Shown: piece after piece, positions 36,142 to 46,667 of the stretch
How positions within the stretch are numbered: position 1 is the first letter of the stretch
How the letters are laid out: each line of letters begins with the position of its first letter
NCBI GenBank assembly: GCA_963838115.1
Contig: CAWIPU010000006.1
Location: forward strand, 477,023 to 541,022
Length of the DNA stretch: 64,000 nt
From: an uncultured Chloroflexia bacterium
GTDB lineage: Bacteria; Chloroflexota; Limnocylindria; Limnocylindrales; CSP1-4
Direction: 5' to 3'
The notes under the pieces: model-generated
What the model saw: the letters and a program-made list of their open reading frames with translations, nothing else
Database searches by the model: none
What the model was told of the DNA's origin: nothing
Position numbers and translations under genes: made by a program

Positions 36142-36845
36142 GCGGAGATCGCCTCGGCGATCTGGTCGCTGACATCACCACCTGCCGCCGCTGCCCGCGT
36201 CTGGTGGCATGGCGCGAGGACGTGGCACGCACCAAGGTGGCGCGCCATCGCGACGAGGTCTACTGGGGGCGGCCGGTCCCCGGCTTCGGCGATCCGATGG
36301 CTCGGCTACTGCTCGTCGGGCTCGCCCCCGCCGCGCACGGCGGCAACCGTACCGGCCGCGTCTTCACCGGTGATAGCCGAGGTGTCTCCGGTGAGGTTCT
36401 CTTCGAGGCTCTCCACCACACGGGTTACTCGCCCAGGCCGCGGTCGCTGAGTGCTGCCGATGGACTCGTGCTCGACGATGCCTACATCAGCGCAGTCAAC
36501 CGCTGCGCGCCTCCGGCCAACAAACCCACCACGCAGGAGCGCGATGCCTGCCTGCCATTCCTTGTTCGCGAGCTGCGTCTGCTATCGCGTGTCAGCGTCA
36601 TCCTCGCGCTCGGCGGATACGCCTGGGATGCCATCCTGCGGGTGCTGGCAGCGGAGGGTCACAGGAGCTCGCCCAAGCCGCGCTTCGGCCATGGTGCGGA
36701 GGTCATGGTCGGACCCTACACCCTGCTGGGTTGCTATCACCCCAGCCAGCAGAACACGTTCACCGGGCGAGTGACGCGCTCCATGATCGAGGACGTGCTC
36801 GAGGTCGCTCGCGCCACCACGGAGACCGTCCTGTCCGCCCCATGA
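36138..36845 (+). CDS. Uracil-DNA glycosylase, family 5 (UdgB-type)
   Basis: Fe-S cysteines (CRRCPRL) and motif GLAPAAHGGNRTGRVFTGD. GTG start overlapping the GH13 stop. Confidence 0.8.
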   Translation: MSGDRLGDLVADITTCRRCPRLVAWREDVARTKVARHRDEVYWGRPVPGFGDPMARLLLVGLAPAAHGGNRTGRVFTGDSRGVSGEVLFEALHHTGYSPRPRSLSAADGLVLDDAYISAVNRCAPPANKPTTQERDACLPFLVRELRLLSRVSVILALGGYAWDAILRVLAAEGHRSSPKPRFGHGAEVMVGPYTLLGCYHPSQQNTFTGRVTRSMIEDVLEVARATTETVLSAP

Positions 36846-36960
36846 TTCGGGCTTGCAATTCTCATACCTTGGCGCTATACCTTTCTCCGGCCGGGAAACG
36901 GGAGGGTGGCATGTCCCTCGGGGGGCTCGGCAAGAAGCACGAGAGGAGATTGGTCCCCCG

Positions 36961-38230
36961 ATGAGATCACGTCATCTATCCGCTATCGCAGCAGCGGCAC
37001 TGCTCCTGGTATCACAAGGCATGTCGGCGGCAGCGCAGGAGCCCACCATCGAGGTCCTCGCCGATGGTTTGAACACGCCGCGCGGGGTCGCCGTCGCTTC
37101 CGACGGTAGCGTCTGGGTCGCTGAGGCCGGCTCGGGCGGTGACACGTGCGCGCAAGACGCCTCGAGCGATCAGGGAAGCATGTGCTACGGCCCTACCGCC
37201 AGCATCTTGCGGATCTCGGACGGCAGCGTCGACCGCGTCGTCGAAGGCTTGTTCTCGGCCGGCTCGGGCCCTGAGATCGGTGGTGTCTCCGACGTCGCGC
37301 CGATCGGCGACGGCGACTTCTACTTCATCATGAATTCTTGGTGACGATCCTGCGGCACGCGCCGAGATGCCCGAGGCGTTCGCCGACGCCGGCTGGCTGA
37401 TGAAGGCATCGGCAGACGGCAGCGTGGAACGGATCGCCGACGTGGCGGCCTTCGAATCGGCCGATGATCCCGACGCCGCCTCCGGCGGAGAGATCGACTC
37501 CAACCCCTACGGCATCGCCATCTTCGACGGCGGCGTGGCCGTTGCCGACGCGGGTGGCAATGACCTGCTCAAGGTCGCCGACGACGGGAGCGTTTCGCTC
37601 ATCGCCGCCATCCCCTTCACCAGCCACGACTTCCCAGCTTCCATGCTGGCCGAGATGGGCGCGCCGCAAGACGATGGGGCCGGAGCCACTGATGGCGAGG
37701 CCGCCGCCGGCGCCGATGAAGCCTCGGCACCCCCGGCCGATGAAGCCTCGGCACCTCCTGCCGGTGACGCCTCGGCAGCCCCGGCCGATCAGATGGTGTC
37801 GATCCCGATCCAGCCCGTCCCCACCTCGGTGACGGTCGGCCCCGATGGTGCCCTCTACGTGGGCGAGCTGACCGGCGGGCCGTTCCCCGCCGGTGGTGCC
37901 TCGGTATGGCGTATCGCGGACGGTGAAGAGCCGGCCGTCTACGCGACCGGCTTCAGCAGCATCATGGGCCTTGGGTTCGCGCCTGACGGCACCCTCTACG
38001 TCGCCGAACTCGTGCACGATGGACTCATGGGCTTGTTCACCGGCGAAGCCCCGCCCATCGGTGCCGTCATGAGCGTCGCGCCAGGCGGGGGTGAGCCGAC
38101 CATGGTTGCCACCGGTGAGCAATTGATGGCACTCGGCGGGCTCGACGTCGGATCCGATGGTGCCGTCTATGTCTCCACCGGTACGGTGATGGGACCAGGC
38201 GCCGGAGCCATCGTCAAGATCACGCCGTAG
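36961..38230 (+). pseudogene. Secreted beta-propeller-like (ScyD/ScyE-like) protein apparently split by a +1 frameshift near 37331-37345. Fragments are 36961-37344 and about 37334-38230
   Basis: Signal peptide. Repeated GVAV.DGS.WVAE / GIA..DGG.VADAGGN motifs continue across the frame change. Contains an ADEASAPP x2 short repeat. Confidence 0.5.
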
Positions 38231-38385
38231 CCAGGTCAGCAGCGACCGAAGGCGGCCCGCCGGTCGGCGGGCCGCCTTTTCATCTTGCCGAGGGGCACCT
38301 CGTCCTCGCGCGGCCAGACCACTACACCAGGCCTTGCAGGCGGGCTACCGTGCCCCCGCGCCCGCGCCTCTACACTCGGACCTGA

Positions 38386-39693
38386 ATGCACCGCGTCCGA
38401 CCGATCACCGGGTTGCTGCAGCGCAATCCCGACTTCGCACGCCTGTACCTGGCCTTGTTGATCGCCTTTGCGGCCGACTGGTTCGCCACGGTGGCGCTGA
38501 TCGACCTGGTCCTGGAGATGACCGGCTCGACCGCCGCCGCCTCGCTCATCCTGGTGCTGCAGATGGCACCGTTCCTGGTGGCCACGCCCATCGCCGGCAT
38601 GCTGGCGGACCGTTTCGACCGCCGCACCATGCTGGCCGGCGCCAACATCGCCCGCGGCATCGTCTGTATCGGCCTGCTCTTCGCGGTCGATGCTGACACG
38701 GTCTGGATCGCCTTCGCCGTGGTGGCCCTGCTGGCCTTCGGTGCGGCCTTCTTCGAGCCCACCGTCTCGGCTTCCCTGCCCAACCTGGTCGATCGAGCCG
38801 ACCTGCCCACGGCCAACGCCCTCATCGGCTCGGCCTGGGGGACGATGGTGGCCTTCGGCGCGGCGCTCGGTGGCATCGTGGCCGCCACCGTGGGGCGCGA
38901 GGTCACCTTCCTGATGTACCCGCTGCTGTTCTTCATCTCGGGAGCTCTGGTGTGGTCCGTCAAGCGCTCCATGCGCGAGCCCGACCACGTGCCGGAGGAC
39001 GCGCCACACGGCATCAGCGGCCTGGTGTCCACGGTGACCGAGACGCTTGCACTGGCCCGGCATGACCACGGCGTCGCCGCCCTGCTGCTGACCAAGCCGA
39101 CCTTCGGGGTGGCCACCGGCATCGTCCACATGCTGGCCATCACCAGTGACGACATCTGGGGTGCCGGACAACTGGGCGTGGGCCTGCTCTTTGCCGCCCG
39201 CGGGGTGGGTTCGCTGGTGGGCCCCTTCGCGGCACGCCGCTTCGCCACCGACGACCGCGCGCTGCTGCTGCGCGGGATCGGCCTGACCTTTTTCGTCTAC
39301 CTGGTGGGCTACGCGCTGCTGCCGCTGTCGCCGTTCATCTGGGCGGCCGCGGTATTCGTGCTCGTAGGGCACCTCGGGAGCGGCGCGCAGTGGACGCTCT
39401 CGTCGTTCGGCCTGCAGCGGGCCACGCCCGACCGGGTCCGCGGCCGCGTGTTCGCCGTCGACTTCGGCCTGGCGCTGGCAGTCTCGTCGCTGTCCACGCT
39501 GACGGCGGGTGCTCTCGCAGGGATCATCGGGCCCTTGCCCACGCTGTACGTGATGCTGGGAGCCATGGCCGCCACGGTGACGGTGTGGTTCTGGTGGACC
39601 CGACCCATCCGACGCGCGCCGGGGACGTTGTCACCGCCCATTCCGATGGCCGAAGAGCGGCCGCCCCACGCCGCGCCTGAAGCACCGCTGTGA
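38386..39693 (+). CDS. MFS transporter
   Basis: 12 predicted TM helices, MFS motif region. Confidence 0.8.
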   Translation: MHRVRPITGLLQRNPDFARLYLALLIAFAADWFATVALIDLVLEMTGSTAAASLILVLQMAPFLVATPIAGMLADRFDRRTMLAGANIARGIVCIGLLFAVDADTVWIAFAVVALLAFGAAFFEPTVSASLPNLVDRADLPTANALIGSAWGTMVAFGAALGGIVAATVGREVTFLMYPLLFFISGALVWSVKRSMREPDHVPEDAPHGISGLVSTVTETLALARHDHGVAALLLTKPTFGVATGIVHMLAITSDDIWGAGQLGVGLLFAARGVGSLVGPFAARRFATDDRALLLRGIGLTFFVYLVGYALLPLSPFIWAAAVFVLVGHLGSGAQWTLSSFGLQRATPDRVRGRVFAVDFGLALAVSSLSTLTAGALAGIIGPLPTLYVMLGAMAATVTVWFWWTRPIRRAPGTLSPPIPMAEERPPHAAPEAPL

Positions 39694-39781
39694 CGTGCCA
39701 CTCCAGCCCCCTCAGTTCGGCGAGGTCGTCGGCGACCGGGCCGGCTGCATCCGCCACGGCTCCATGCGCCCCCGCCCCGCG

Positions 39782-40615
39782 CTATGCCGCGATGTCGCGC
39801 CGCTTGAAGAGGTACACGCCCACCACCAATGGGAAAACGGCCAGGATCGCCAGCAACGCGGCCGAACCCCAGTCGACACCGCTGCCCAGGGGGTCGGTGC
39901 CGATGTAGTGGTGCCAGGGGGACAGCCAGGCAAGCTCGGAGATGGCATCGGCCATGGGCACGAAGCTCGACCAGGCGTACATCGAGATGGCCACCAGCAA
40001 GCCGGCGAGGATGGCCAGCACGCCGCGGCCACTGACGATGGAGACGACCATCGAGATGCCCCCGATGAAGATCGAGAGCAGTGACAGCATCAGGCTGATG
40101 GCGACGACGTTGGCGGCGCTGACGTCGATGCCGCTGAACGCGACGCCGACCCAGACCAGCACGCCAACCAGCCCGGAGGCCAGGGCGACATGGACGATCA
40201 TGGCGAGGATCTTGTCGGTGGCCAGGCGGGTGCGTCGCGTCGGCGTGGACAGCACCAGACCGATGGTCTCGTTCTCCATCTCACCGCCGAATGCCCGCGC
40301 GGCTGAGGAGACGGCCACGAACATCACCGCGAACGGCACCACGATGGAGTACATCTCTCCGGTGAGGTAGCCCGACGCAGTCGCCATGTCGGCACCACCG
40401 GCGATGGCCATGATGGACTCGGGGAATTGGGACAACATCTCGGTGAGGATGTCCTCGATGGCGAGGTACATGGGGCCCATGAGCATGCCCATGGCACCCA
40501 CACCGGTGCCGACGATGAGCGTCAGCAGCAGGCGGTCGCTGATGGCCTTGGTGAGGCTGTTCGAGAGGGCAAGCCGCTGGTAGCGGCGCACGCCGGGGAG
40601 GGAAGCCGTGGTCAT
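39782..40615 (-). CDS. ABC-2 family transporter permease
   Basis: 6 TM helices. Confidence 0.7.
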   Translation of the reverse strand: MTTASLPGVRRYQRLALSNSLTKAISDRLLLTLIVGTGVGAMGMLMGPMYLAIEDILTEMLSQFPESIMAIAGGADMATASGYLTGEMYSIVVPFAVMFVAVSSAARAFGGEMENETIGLVLSTPTRRTRLATDKILAMIVHVALASGLVGVLVWVGVAFSGIDVSAANVVAISLMLSLLSIFIGGISMVVSIVSGRGVLAILAGLLVAISMYAWSSFVPMADAISELAWLSPWHHYIGTDPLGSGVDWGSAALLAILAVFPLVVGVYLFKRRDIAA

Positions 40616-40619
40616 CGTG

Positions 40620-41462
40620 CTATGCCTTCAGGTCTCGACGCTCGAGGGTGTACAGGCCCAGGCTGAACAGCCCGGCCGCCAGGACGACCGCGATGCCCAG
40701 CAGCACCACGTCGATCCCGTTGGTCAGGGCGTCGGCACCGCTGAACAGGTACCAGGGCGTGAGCTTGGCGAGGTCGGCCAACTCCTGGATCACCGGCAGC
40801 AACGTGGACACGAAGTACGACAGCACGGCGATCCCTGCTGCGACCCCCACCCCCAGGGCGGATGAGCCTCGCCACGCGGAGACACCCAGCGCCAGGGCAC
40901 CGAACAGCAACACCATGCCCAGCAGCTGGACACTTGCGCCGAGCACGTCCTGGCCGGAGAGGTCCATGCCGACGAGGCTGGCCGTGCCAAGCACGCCGAC
41001 CCAGGTGAGGACCACGATGGTCAGCACCCCGATGCCAGCAACGGCGGCTTTGGCAAGCAGGATCGAGCGACGCCGCAGGGGGCTTGATAGCAGGATGGGC
41101 AGGCTGCGCGCCTCTTCCTCGCCGACCGCGGCACTGGATCCCAGACCGATCGCGTAGGTCAACAGCACCAGCGGTCCGATGAGGTTGTAGATACCGCTCA
41201 TGGCCAGCCCTTCAGCCGTGCCATCGTTGCTGCCGTAGATGTTGGCGATAGCCTCGGGGAAGTCGGCCATCATGTTCATGTAGGCATCGCCCGACGACGC
41301 CATGACGGCGACGTACATGGCGCCGATCAGCCACATCGCGACGACCGCGATGATGGTCCAGGGCAGCCAGTCACGGACCGTCTTGGCAAAGACGCTCCCG
41401 AGCAGACGGTTACGCAGCATCGTCGCCGTGCCCGTGGTAGTAGGCCAGGAAGATCTGCTCAA
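40620..41462 (-). CDS. ABC-2 family transporter permease
   Basis: 6 TM helices, paralog of the preceding gene. The start is probably internal. Confidence 0.7.
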   Translation of the reverse strand: MSRSSWPTTTGTATMLRNRLLGSVFAKTVRDWLPWTIIAVVAMWLIGAMYVAVMASSGDAYMNMMADFPEAIANIYGSNDGTAEGLAMSGIYNLIGPLVLLTYAIGLGSSAAVGEEEARSLPILLSSPLRRRSILLAKAAVAGIGVLTIVVLTWVGVLGTASLVGMDLSGQDVLGASVQLLGMVLLFGALALGVSAWRGSSALGVGVAAGIAVLSYFVSTLLPVIQELADLAKLTPWYLFSGADALTNGIDVVLLGIAVVLAAGLFSLGLYTLERRDLKA

Positions 41463-42327
41463 GGTCAGCTTCGCGGGTATTGATGTTTACCACGTCATGA
41501 TCGAGCGCGCGACGCAGCAGCTCGTTGACCGAGCCTTCGAACGACACGACCACGGTGTGGCCGCGAGTCTCAGCCGAGTGGACACCCTCGATCGCCTCGA
41601 AGTCGGCTGCCTCGACCGGCGCCCCGAACTCCAGGTCGATGCGCCGGATGGCCTTGCGCTTGAGTGCATCGACCCGCTCGACCACCACCAAGCGGCCGTT
41701 GCGCAGGATGCCCACACGGTCGGCCACTCGCTCGACCTCAGCCAGACTGTGGCTGGAGAGGAAGACCGTGCGCCCGTCGGCTCGCACCTCCCGGATCATG
41801 GCCTGCAGCTCCTGTTGCATGAGCGGGTCAAGGCCGGTGCTAGGCTCATCGAGGATGACCAGTTCCGCCTTGTTCATGAAGGCCTGGATGAGGCCGACCT
41901 TCTGCTTGTTGCCGGTGGAGAGATCGCTGACCTTGCGGGTCAGGTCCACCTCCAGCCGCTCGGCCAACGAGGCCACATAGGCCTGATCGACTCCCCCTCG
42001 CAGGTTGGCCAGGTAGGTGATGTTCTCGGCGCCGGTGAGCTTGGAGTAGAGCGAGTACTCCGAGGGCATATAGGCGATGCGGCTGCGCACCTCCACCGCG
42101 TGGGTGGCCACGTCGAGCCCCAGGACCGTCGCCTTACCCGCGGTAGGAAAGATAAAGTGCAGCAGGCTGCGGATCGTCGTCGTCTTGCCGGCGCCGTTGG
42201 GGCCCAGGAAGCCGAAGACTTCTCCGCACTGCACTTCCAGGTCCAGATCCACCAGGGCCTTGACGTCCCCGTAGTGCTTGGTCAGCCCCTCGGTCTGGAT
42301 GGGCGGCGCGCCTTCGATGATGGTCAT
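41410..42327 (-). CDS. ABC transporter ATP-binding protein (ABC-2/DrrA-like)
   Basis: GPNGAGKTTTI, LSTGNKQKV, ILDEPSTGLD. Confidence 0.9.
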   Translation of the reverse strand: MTIIEGAPPIQTEGLTKHYGDVKALVDLDLEVQCGEVFGFLGPNGAGKTTTIRSLLHFIFPTAGKATVLGLDVATHAVEVRSRIAYMPSEYSLYSKLTGAENITYLANLRGGVDQAYVASLAERLEVDLTRKVSDLSTGNKQKVGLIQAFMNKAELVILDEPSTGLDPLMQQELQAMIREVRADGRTVFLSSHSLAEVERVADRVGILRNGRLVVVERVDALKRKAIRRIDLEFGAPVEAADFEAIEGVHSAETRGHTVVVSFEGSVNELLRRALDHDVVNINTREADLEQIFLAYYHGHGDDAA

Positions 42328-42890
42328 GCTTTCTCTCGTCTCGCGTCCTTGTACTGCTCCCAGCGGTCAGCCAACCTGGGCAGCTCCTCCAACCAGAAGT
42401 CGGCGAAGCTGACCATCTCGTCGAGCCCATCAGTGCGGGCGAGCCCCCCGGCCAGGATGATGCGTCTGCCCATGGCAGCGAGCTGGCCGAAACCCTGGAG
42501 CTTGGCCCTGGCCATGGCGATCCAGAAGTCCGAGCGCAGGCGGTAGTAGGTCTTGCGATCGCCTACCCGGTGTCGTTGCTCGACGGCGTCTATCTGCAGC
42601 AGCAACCGGGCGCTGGCGCTGACCGAGGCCGGGCTCAGTCCGGCGTTGGCGACGATCTCGCCGGCCGACTGCTCAGCCGGCTCGCAGACCAGCAGGTAGC
42701 CGAACATCTGACCGGCGGCTCGTGGCACACCCAACGATGCGAACCACGTGCCCATCTGCTCCACCACCATGTCGGTCGCTGAACCCCGTTGGCCAGACAC
42801 TTCAGTACGTTCCGAATGTTCGTGCCATACCGATGTCACGATAGCATATCGGTCGAGCGACTCGAACCTCGGGGCTGGCGGCAGGGCCAC
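42324..42890 (-). CDS. Winged-helix transcriptional regulator (MarR/GbsR-like)
   Basis: wHTH-like (SAGEIVANAGLSPASVSASARLL...DRKTYYRL). Overlaps the start of the ABC ATPase gene. Confidence 0.55.
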   Translation of the reverse strand: MALPPAPRFESLDRYAIVTSVWHEHSERTEVSGQRGSATDMVVEQMGTWFASLGVPRAAGQMFGYLLVCEPAEQSAGEIVANAGLSPASVSASARLLLQIDAVEQRHRVGDRKTYYRLRSDFWIAMARAKLQGFGQLAAMGRRIILAGGLARTDGLDEMVSFADFWLEELPRLADRWEQYKDARREKA

Positions 42891-42899
42891 GACGGTGTG

Positions 42900-43367
42900 T
42901 CAGAAGCCCCAGTGCACGATGGCCTTACGGTCACCCGTGCGCAGCATCTCGAGGGCGATGGCGTCGACCGGCACGAGCGGCTCCGGCAGCGCTGTCAGCG
43001 CGACCCAGCGGAGACCGCCGTTCCGCTCCGGCTCCCTGACCGATGGCTCGCCCTCCCATCTCGAGACCGCGAAGAAGAAGTCGACCCGCTGGCCTCGTGC
43101 GCTCGCGGTCTGCCGTCGGTGGACGGTGCAGATCGGCTCCAGGTCAGCCTGGTCGACGATGACGCCGAGCTCTTCATGTGCTTCGCGGACCGCTGCGGCG
43201 TGGACGGACTCGCCGCGCTCGACATGCCCGGCTGCACCCAGGGCCCAGCGGCCGTCCATGTATCCGGTGCCCGATCGAAGCTGCAGCAGGACCTCGCTGC
43301 CACGCAGCAGGGCGACATAGGCCGCCGGGATGAGCGCGAATGGCTGCATCGCGCCACGGTAGCCCAT
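42900..43367 (-). CDS. NUDIX hydrolase
   Basis: Nudix box GHVERGESVHAAAVREAHEELGV. The upstream part of the 402-aa raw ORF is treated as spurious because it overlaps vanZ. Confidence 0.7.
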   Translation of the reverse strand: MGYRGAMQPFALIPAAYVALLRGSEVLLQLRSGTGYMDGRWALGAAGHVERGESVHAAAVREAHEELGVIVDQADLEPICTVHRRQTASARGQRVDFFFAVSRWEGEPSVREPERNGGLRWVALTALPEPLVPVDAIALEMLRTGDRKAIVHWGF

Positions 43368-43392
43368 CAGGAACGCGTGGCATCCTGACGAC

Positions 43393-44343
43393 GTGGATGC
43401 CGAGCATGCGAGCCGACTGGTCACCGACCTCGTCGACGCGGGTGTGCTCCTCGTCTTCGTGCCCCTCGTGTTGATGGCCGCGGTGCTGGCAGGGCCCCTG
43501 GCCCGGCGGATCGGCAGCAGTCGCCTGCTGACCTGGCTGGCGCTGGTGTCCATCGCCGGGATCTTCGCCGCCACCCTGCGAGAACGCGACCTGTTGGCAC
43601 AGCTCTCGGATGCCGGCGCCCCCTCGTGCCCTGACTGCGTCCCGTTCGGCTGGCTGACCGACGCTCGACTGTGGACTCGCGCTGGTCGCATCGACTCGGC
43701 GTGGCTGCTCAACGTGGCGCTCTTCATCCCCGCCGGTCTCCTGGTCACCCTGACCACGCGTCGCCCAGGGCGGGTGCTCATCGCCCTCATCGCCCTGGCC
43801 CTGTCGATCGAGGTCATCCAGGACCTGGCCCGGCTCGGTTCGCCCGACCCGGCCGACCTCGTGGCCAACTCGGTCGGCGCCTTCATCGGCGTCGGACTGG
43901 GTAGCCTGGCGCTGCGAGCGCGTCCGGCCTCATTTGCGCACCAGCGAGATCCGGCGACCTCACGCCGAGCCCAAGCCATCTTCATCGTAGGCGCGATCGC
44001 CTTCGTGGTCCTGGGGTGGCTCGGACTCTCGCTCGGTGCCGACGCCAGGCTGAACTCGCTGAAACAGGAGCTCGGGGCAGCCTTCGCCGGTACGACCGCC
44101 AGCGACATGGAGGCGAGACTCGCCTCGACCGAAGGCTTCGACCGGATCCTCGCGTCGGTCTCGGTCCGCCCAGGGTACCTTGGTCGCGTCGGCGAGAGCG
44201 AGCAGCTCGAAGGGCGCTTTGCGACCCAGTTCTTCGGCCTGTGGAGGTGCGCCTATGTCCGCTGGACCGTTGACGGCTTCGCCATCAGCGACGGCTCAGG
44301 CGACGAGTGCACGATCTTTCGTGAACGTCCTGCCACCAGATGA
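43393..44343 (+). CDS. VanZ-like family membrane protein
   Basis: LLNVALFIPAGLL and DLVANSVGAFIG motifs, polytopic. Confidence 0.65.
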   Translation: MDAEHASRLVTDLVDAGVLLVFVPLVLMAAVLAGPLARRIGSSRLLTWLALVSIAGIFAATLRERDLLAQLSDAGAPSCPDCVPFGWLTDARLWTRAGRIDSAWLLNVALFIPAGLLVTLTTRRPGRVLIALIALALSIEVIQDLARLGSPDPADLVANSVGAFIGVGLGSLALRARPASFAHQRDPATSRRAQAIFIVGAIAFVVLGWLGLSLGADARLNSLKQELGAAFAGTTASDMEARLASTEGFDRILASVSVRPGYLGRVGESEQLEGRFATQFFGLWRCAYVRWTVDGFAISDGSGDECTIFRERPATR

Positions 44344-44419
44344 TGGCGCGCCCGGCGGGACTCGAACCCACGGCCTTCTGCTCCGGAGGCAGACGCTCTA
44401 TCCACTGAGCTACGGGCGC
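44344..44419 (-). tRNA. tRNA-Arg (anticodon CCG), CCA encoded
   Basis: Cloverleaf: GCGCCCG acceptor stem, anticodon loop CUCCGGA, TΨC arm GUGGGUUCGAGUCCCGC. Abuts the vanZ stop. Confidence 0.9.
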
Positions 44420-44481
44420 TCGCGTGACCATTAGACCATAGCGCGCTCCTCACTCGGTGAAGAGGGGAGTATCGTCACGTC

Positions 44482-44964
44482 GTGATCGCCCTACTCTCGG
44501 TACTCGCAGCCATCCTCGCGGGCATAGCCGCGCTCGCCGCCATATTCCTCGGTGGCATGCATGCCAAGTGGCCACCGGTGGTCAACGCAGTGCGCTGGCT
44601 CAACCTGCGTGTGATGAACCCCAAGCAGATGAAGACGGCCGGGAAGCCCGGCGCATTCGCACAGATCCTCCGCCATACGGGTCGCACCTCTGGTAGGCCG
44701 TTTGAGACACCCTTGGGCATCGAGCCCACCGACGACGGCTTCGTCATCGCGCTCGTCTATGGAGACGACACGCAGTGGCTGCGCAACGTCCTGGCCTCCG
44801 GCCACGCCGAGGTGGTCCGTGATGACGTCACATACGCGGTCGATCGCCCCGAGGTCGTACCGGTCGCCGACGTCATCGACTGGTTCAAGCCGTCCGACCG
44901 CCGCCTTTTCGGGCTCTTCAGCGTGCGGAACTGTCTGCGGCTCTACCACGTCCATCATGACTGA
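44482..44964 (+). CDS. Nitroreductase-family deazaflavin (F420H2)-dependent oxidoreductase (DUF385)
   Basis: [31 protein letters not shown]...FVIALVYG...WLRNVLA. Confidence 0.7.
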   Translation: MIALLSVLAAILAGIAALAAIFLGGMHAKWPPVVNAVRWLNLRVMNPKQMKTAGKPGAFAQILRHTGRTSGRPFETPLGIEPTDDGFVIALVYGDDTQWLRNVLASGHAEVVRDDVTYAVDRPEVVPVADVIDWFKPSDRRLFGLFSVRNCLRLYHVHHD

Positions 44965-46363
44965 TCCCAGAAGCGAAGATACCCGCACCGAGACCGACTC
45001 GATGGGCGCCGTGGAGGTCCCGGCCGACCGCTACTGGGGTGCGCAGACGCAGCGATCGCTGCACCACTTCGCCATCGGTGAACGTGACGCCGAGCGTATG
45101 CCTCGCGAGATCGTGCATGCCATGGGCGTGCTCAAGCAGGCCTGTGCGGAAGTCAACGACGAAGCCGGACGACTGCCTGGCGGCATCGGCGCCCTGATCG
45201 TCCAGGCGGCGCAGCAGGTCGCGGCCGGTGATCTCGATGACCATTTCCCGCTGTACATCTGGCAGACCGGCTCGGGCACGCAGTCCAACATGAACGCCAA
45301 CGAGGTCATCGCCAACCGTGCCATCGAGCTGGCCGGTGGTGTCATGGGCAGCAAGGACCCGGTCCATCCCAACGACCATGTAAACAAGTCGCAATCATCC
45401 AACGACACCTTCCCCACGGCGATGCACATCGCGGCCGCCACGGTCATCGTGCGCGGCCTGCTGCCATCGGTCGCCCGTCTCCGCGATGAGTTGGCCGCCC
45501 GTGCCGCCGACTTCGCGGACATCGTGAAGATCGGTCGCACGCATCTCCAGGACGCGGTGCCACTCACGCTGGGACAGGAGTTCAGCGGCTATGTCGCCCA
45601 GCTCGATGCCGACATCGTCCGCATCGAAGCGACCCTGCCCGGCCTTTACGAGCTGGCCATCGGCGGAACTGCGGTCGGCACCGGGCTCAATGCCCCGGCT
45701 GGTTTCGACAAGGCGGTCGCCGCCCGCATCGCCGAGCTGTCCAGCCTGCCCTTCGTCAGCGCGCCCAACAAGTTCGCCGCGCTTGCCGCTCACGACGCGG
45801 TCGTCTTCGCCAGCGGCGCGCTGACGACGCTTGCCGCAAGCCTCACCAAGATCGCCAATGACCTGCGCTGGCTGGGCAGCGGCCCTCGTTCCGGACTCGG
45901 TGAGCTGTCACTTCCGGAGAACGAGCCCGGCTCCTCGATCATGCCGGGCAAGGTGAACCCGACCCAGGCTGAGGCCATGACCATGGTGACGGCACAGGTC
46001 TTCGGAAACGATGCTGCGGTCAAGTTCGCAGGCTCCCAGGGCAATTTCGAGCTTAACGTCTACAAGCCGGTCATGGCCGCCAACCTCATCCGCTCGGCTC
46101 GCCTGATGGCCGACGCCTGCGACACCTTCCGCGAGTTCGCAGTGGCCGGCGTCACCGCCAACCGTGAGCGCATCGCGGAGCTGGTCTCGCAGTCCTTGAT
46201 GCTGGTGACGGCGCTGGATCCCCGGATCGGCTATGACCGCGCGGCGGAGGTGGCCAAGAAGGCCCACAAGGAGGGGACGACGTTGAAGGCGGCGGCGCTA
46301 GCGCTCGGCTACGTCTCCGAAGAGGAGTTCGACGAGCTGGTCCGCCCCGAGCGCATGGTTTGA
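44957..46363 (+). CDS. fumC: Fumarate hydratase class II
   Basis: [16 protein letters not shown] signature. 8-nt overlap with the upstream gene. Confidence 0.95.
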   Translation: MTDPRSEDTRTETDSMGAVEVPADRYWGAQTQRSLHHFAIGERDAERMPREIVHAMGVLKQACAEVNDEAGRLPGGIGALIVQAAQQVAAGDLDDHFPLYIWQTGSGTQSNMNANEVIANRAIELAGGVMGSKDPVHPNDHVNKSQSSNDTFPTAMHIAAATVIVRGLLPSVARLRDELAARAADFADIVKIGRTHLQDAVPLTLGQEFSGYVAQLDADIVRIEATLPGLYELAIGGTAVGTGLNAPAGFDKAVAARIAELSSLPFVSAPNKFAALAAHDAVVFASGALTTLAASLTKIANDLRWLGSGPRSGLGELSLPENEPGSSIMPGKVNPTQAEAMTMVTAQVFGNDAAVKFAGSQGNFELNVYKPVMAANLIRSARLMADACDTFREFAVAGVTANRERIAELVSQSLMLVTALDPRIGYDRAAEVAKKAHKEGTTLKAAALALGYVSEEEFDELVRPERMV

Positions 46364-46385
46364 CTCGTCTGTTCCCGGAATCGAG

Positions 46386-46413
46386 GCGACCCCGTCAGAG
46401 ACGGGGTCGCTTT
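46386..46413 (+). terminator. Rho-independent terminator hairpin GCGACCCCGTC-AGAG-ACGGGGTCGC followed by TTT, downstream of fumC
   Basis: Seen in sequence. A second hairpin GATCAGGAGC-AAG-CTCCTGATC lies at 46428-46449. Confidence 0.7.
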
Positions 46414-46667
46414 AACTGTCCCGGCTTGATCAGGAGCAAGCTCCTGATCTGTCTGCCACGGCGCAAGGGCATCTATGACGCCGGCTTCACCGGCTACCCT
46501 AACCCAACCTACCCATGACCTTGCGTCTAGGTCAGTAGTGCTGTCGAGCAGCACGAGGCGTATACTAGCCCCCCGGAGGGGAGAAACTCAAGCGCTTATT
46601 CACCCTGCATAGGTGAAGGTTCCATAACAATCCGTGTTTGCCATGCGGCAGACGTGGAAATGTGACG

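Noticed and set aside
42900-44108. 402-aa minus-strand ORF extending upstream of the NUDIX domain
   Set aside because: Only the C-terminal approximately 155 aa form a NUDIX fold. The remainder overlaps the plus-strand VanZ gene, which has clear membrane-protein features, so the NUDIX gene was truncated to an internal ATG.
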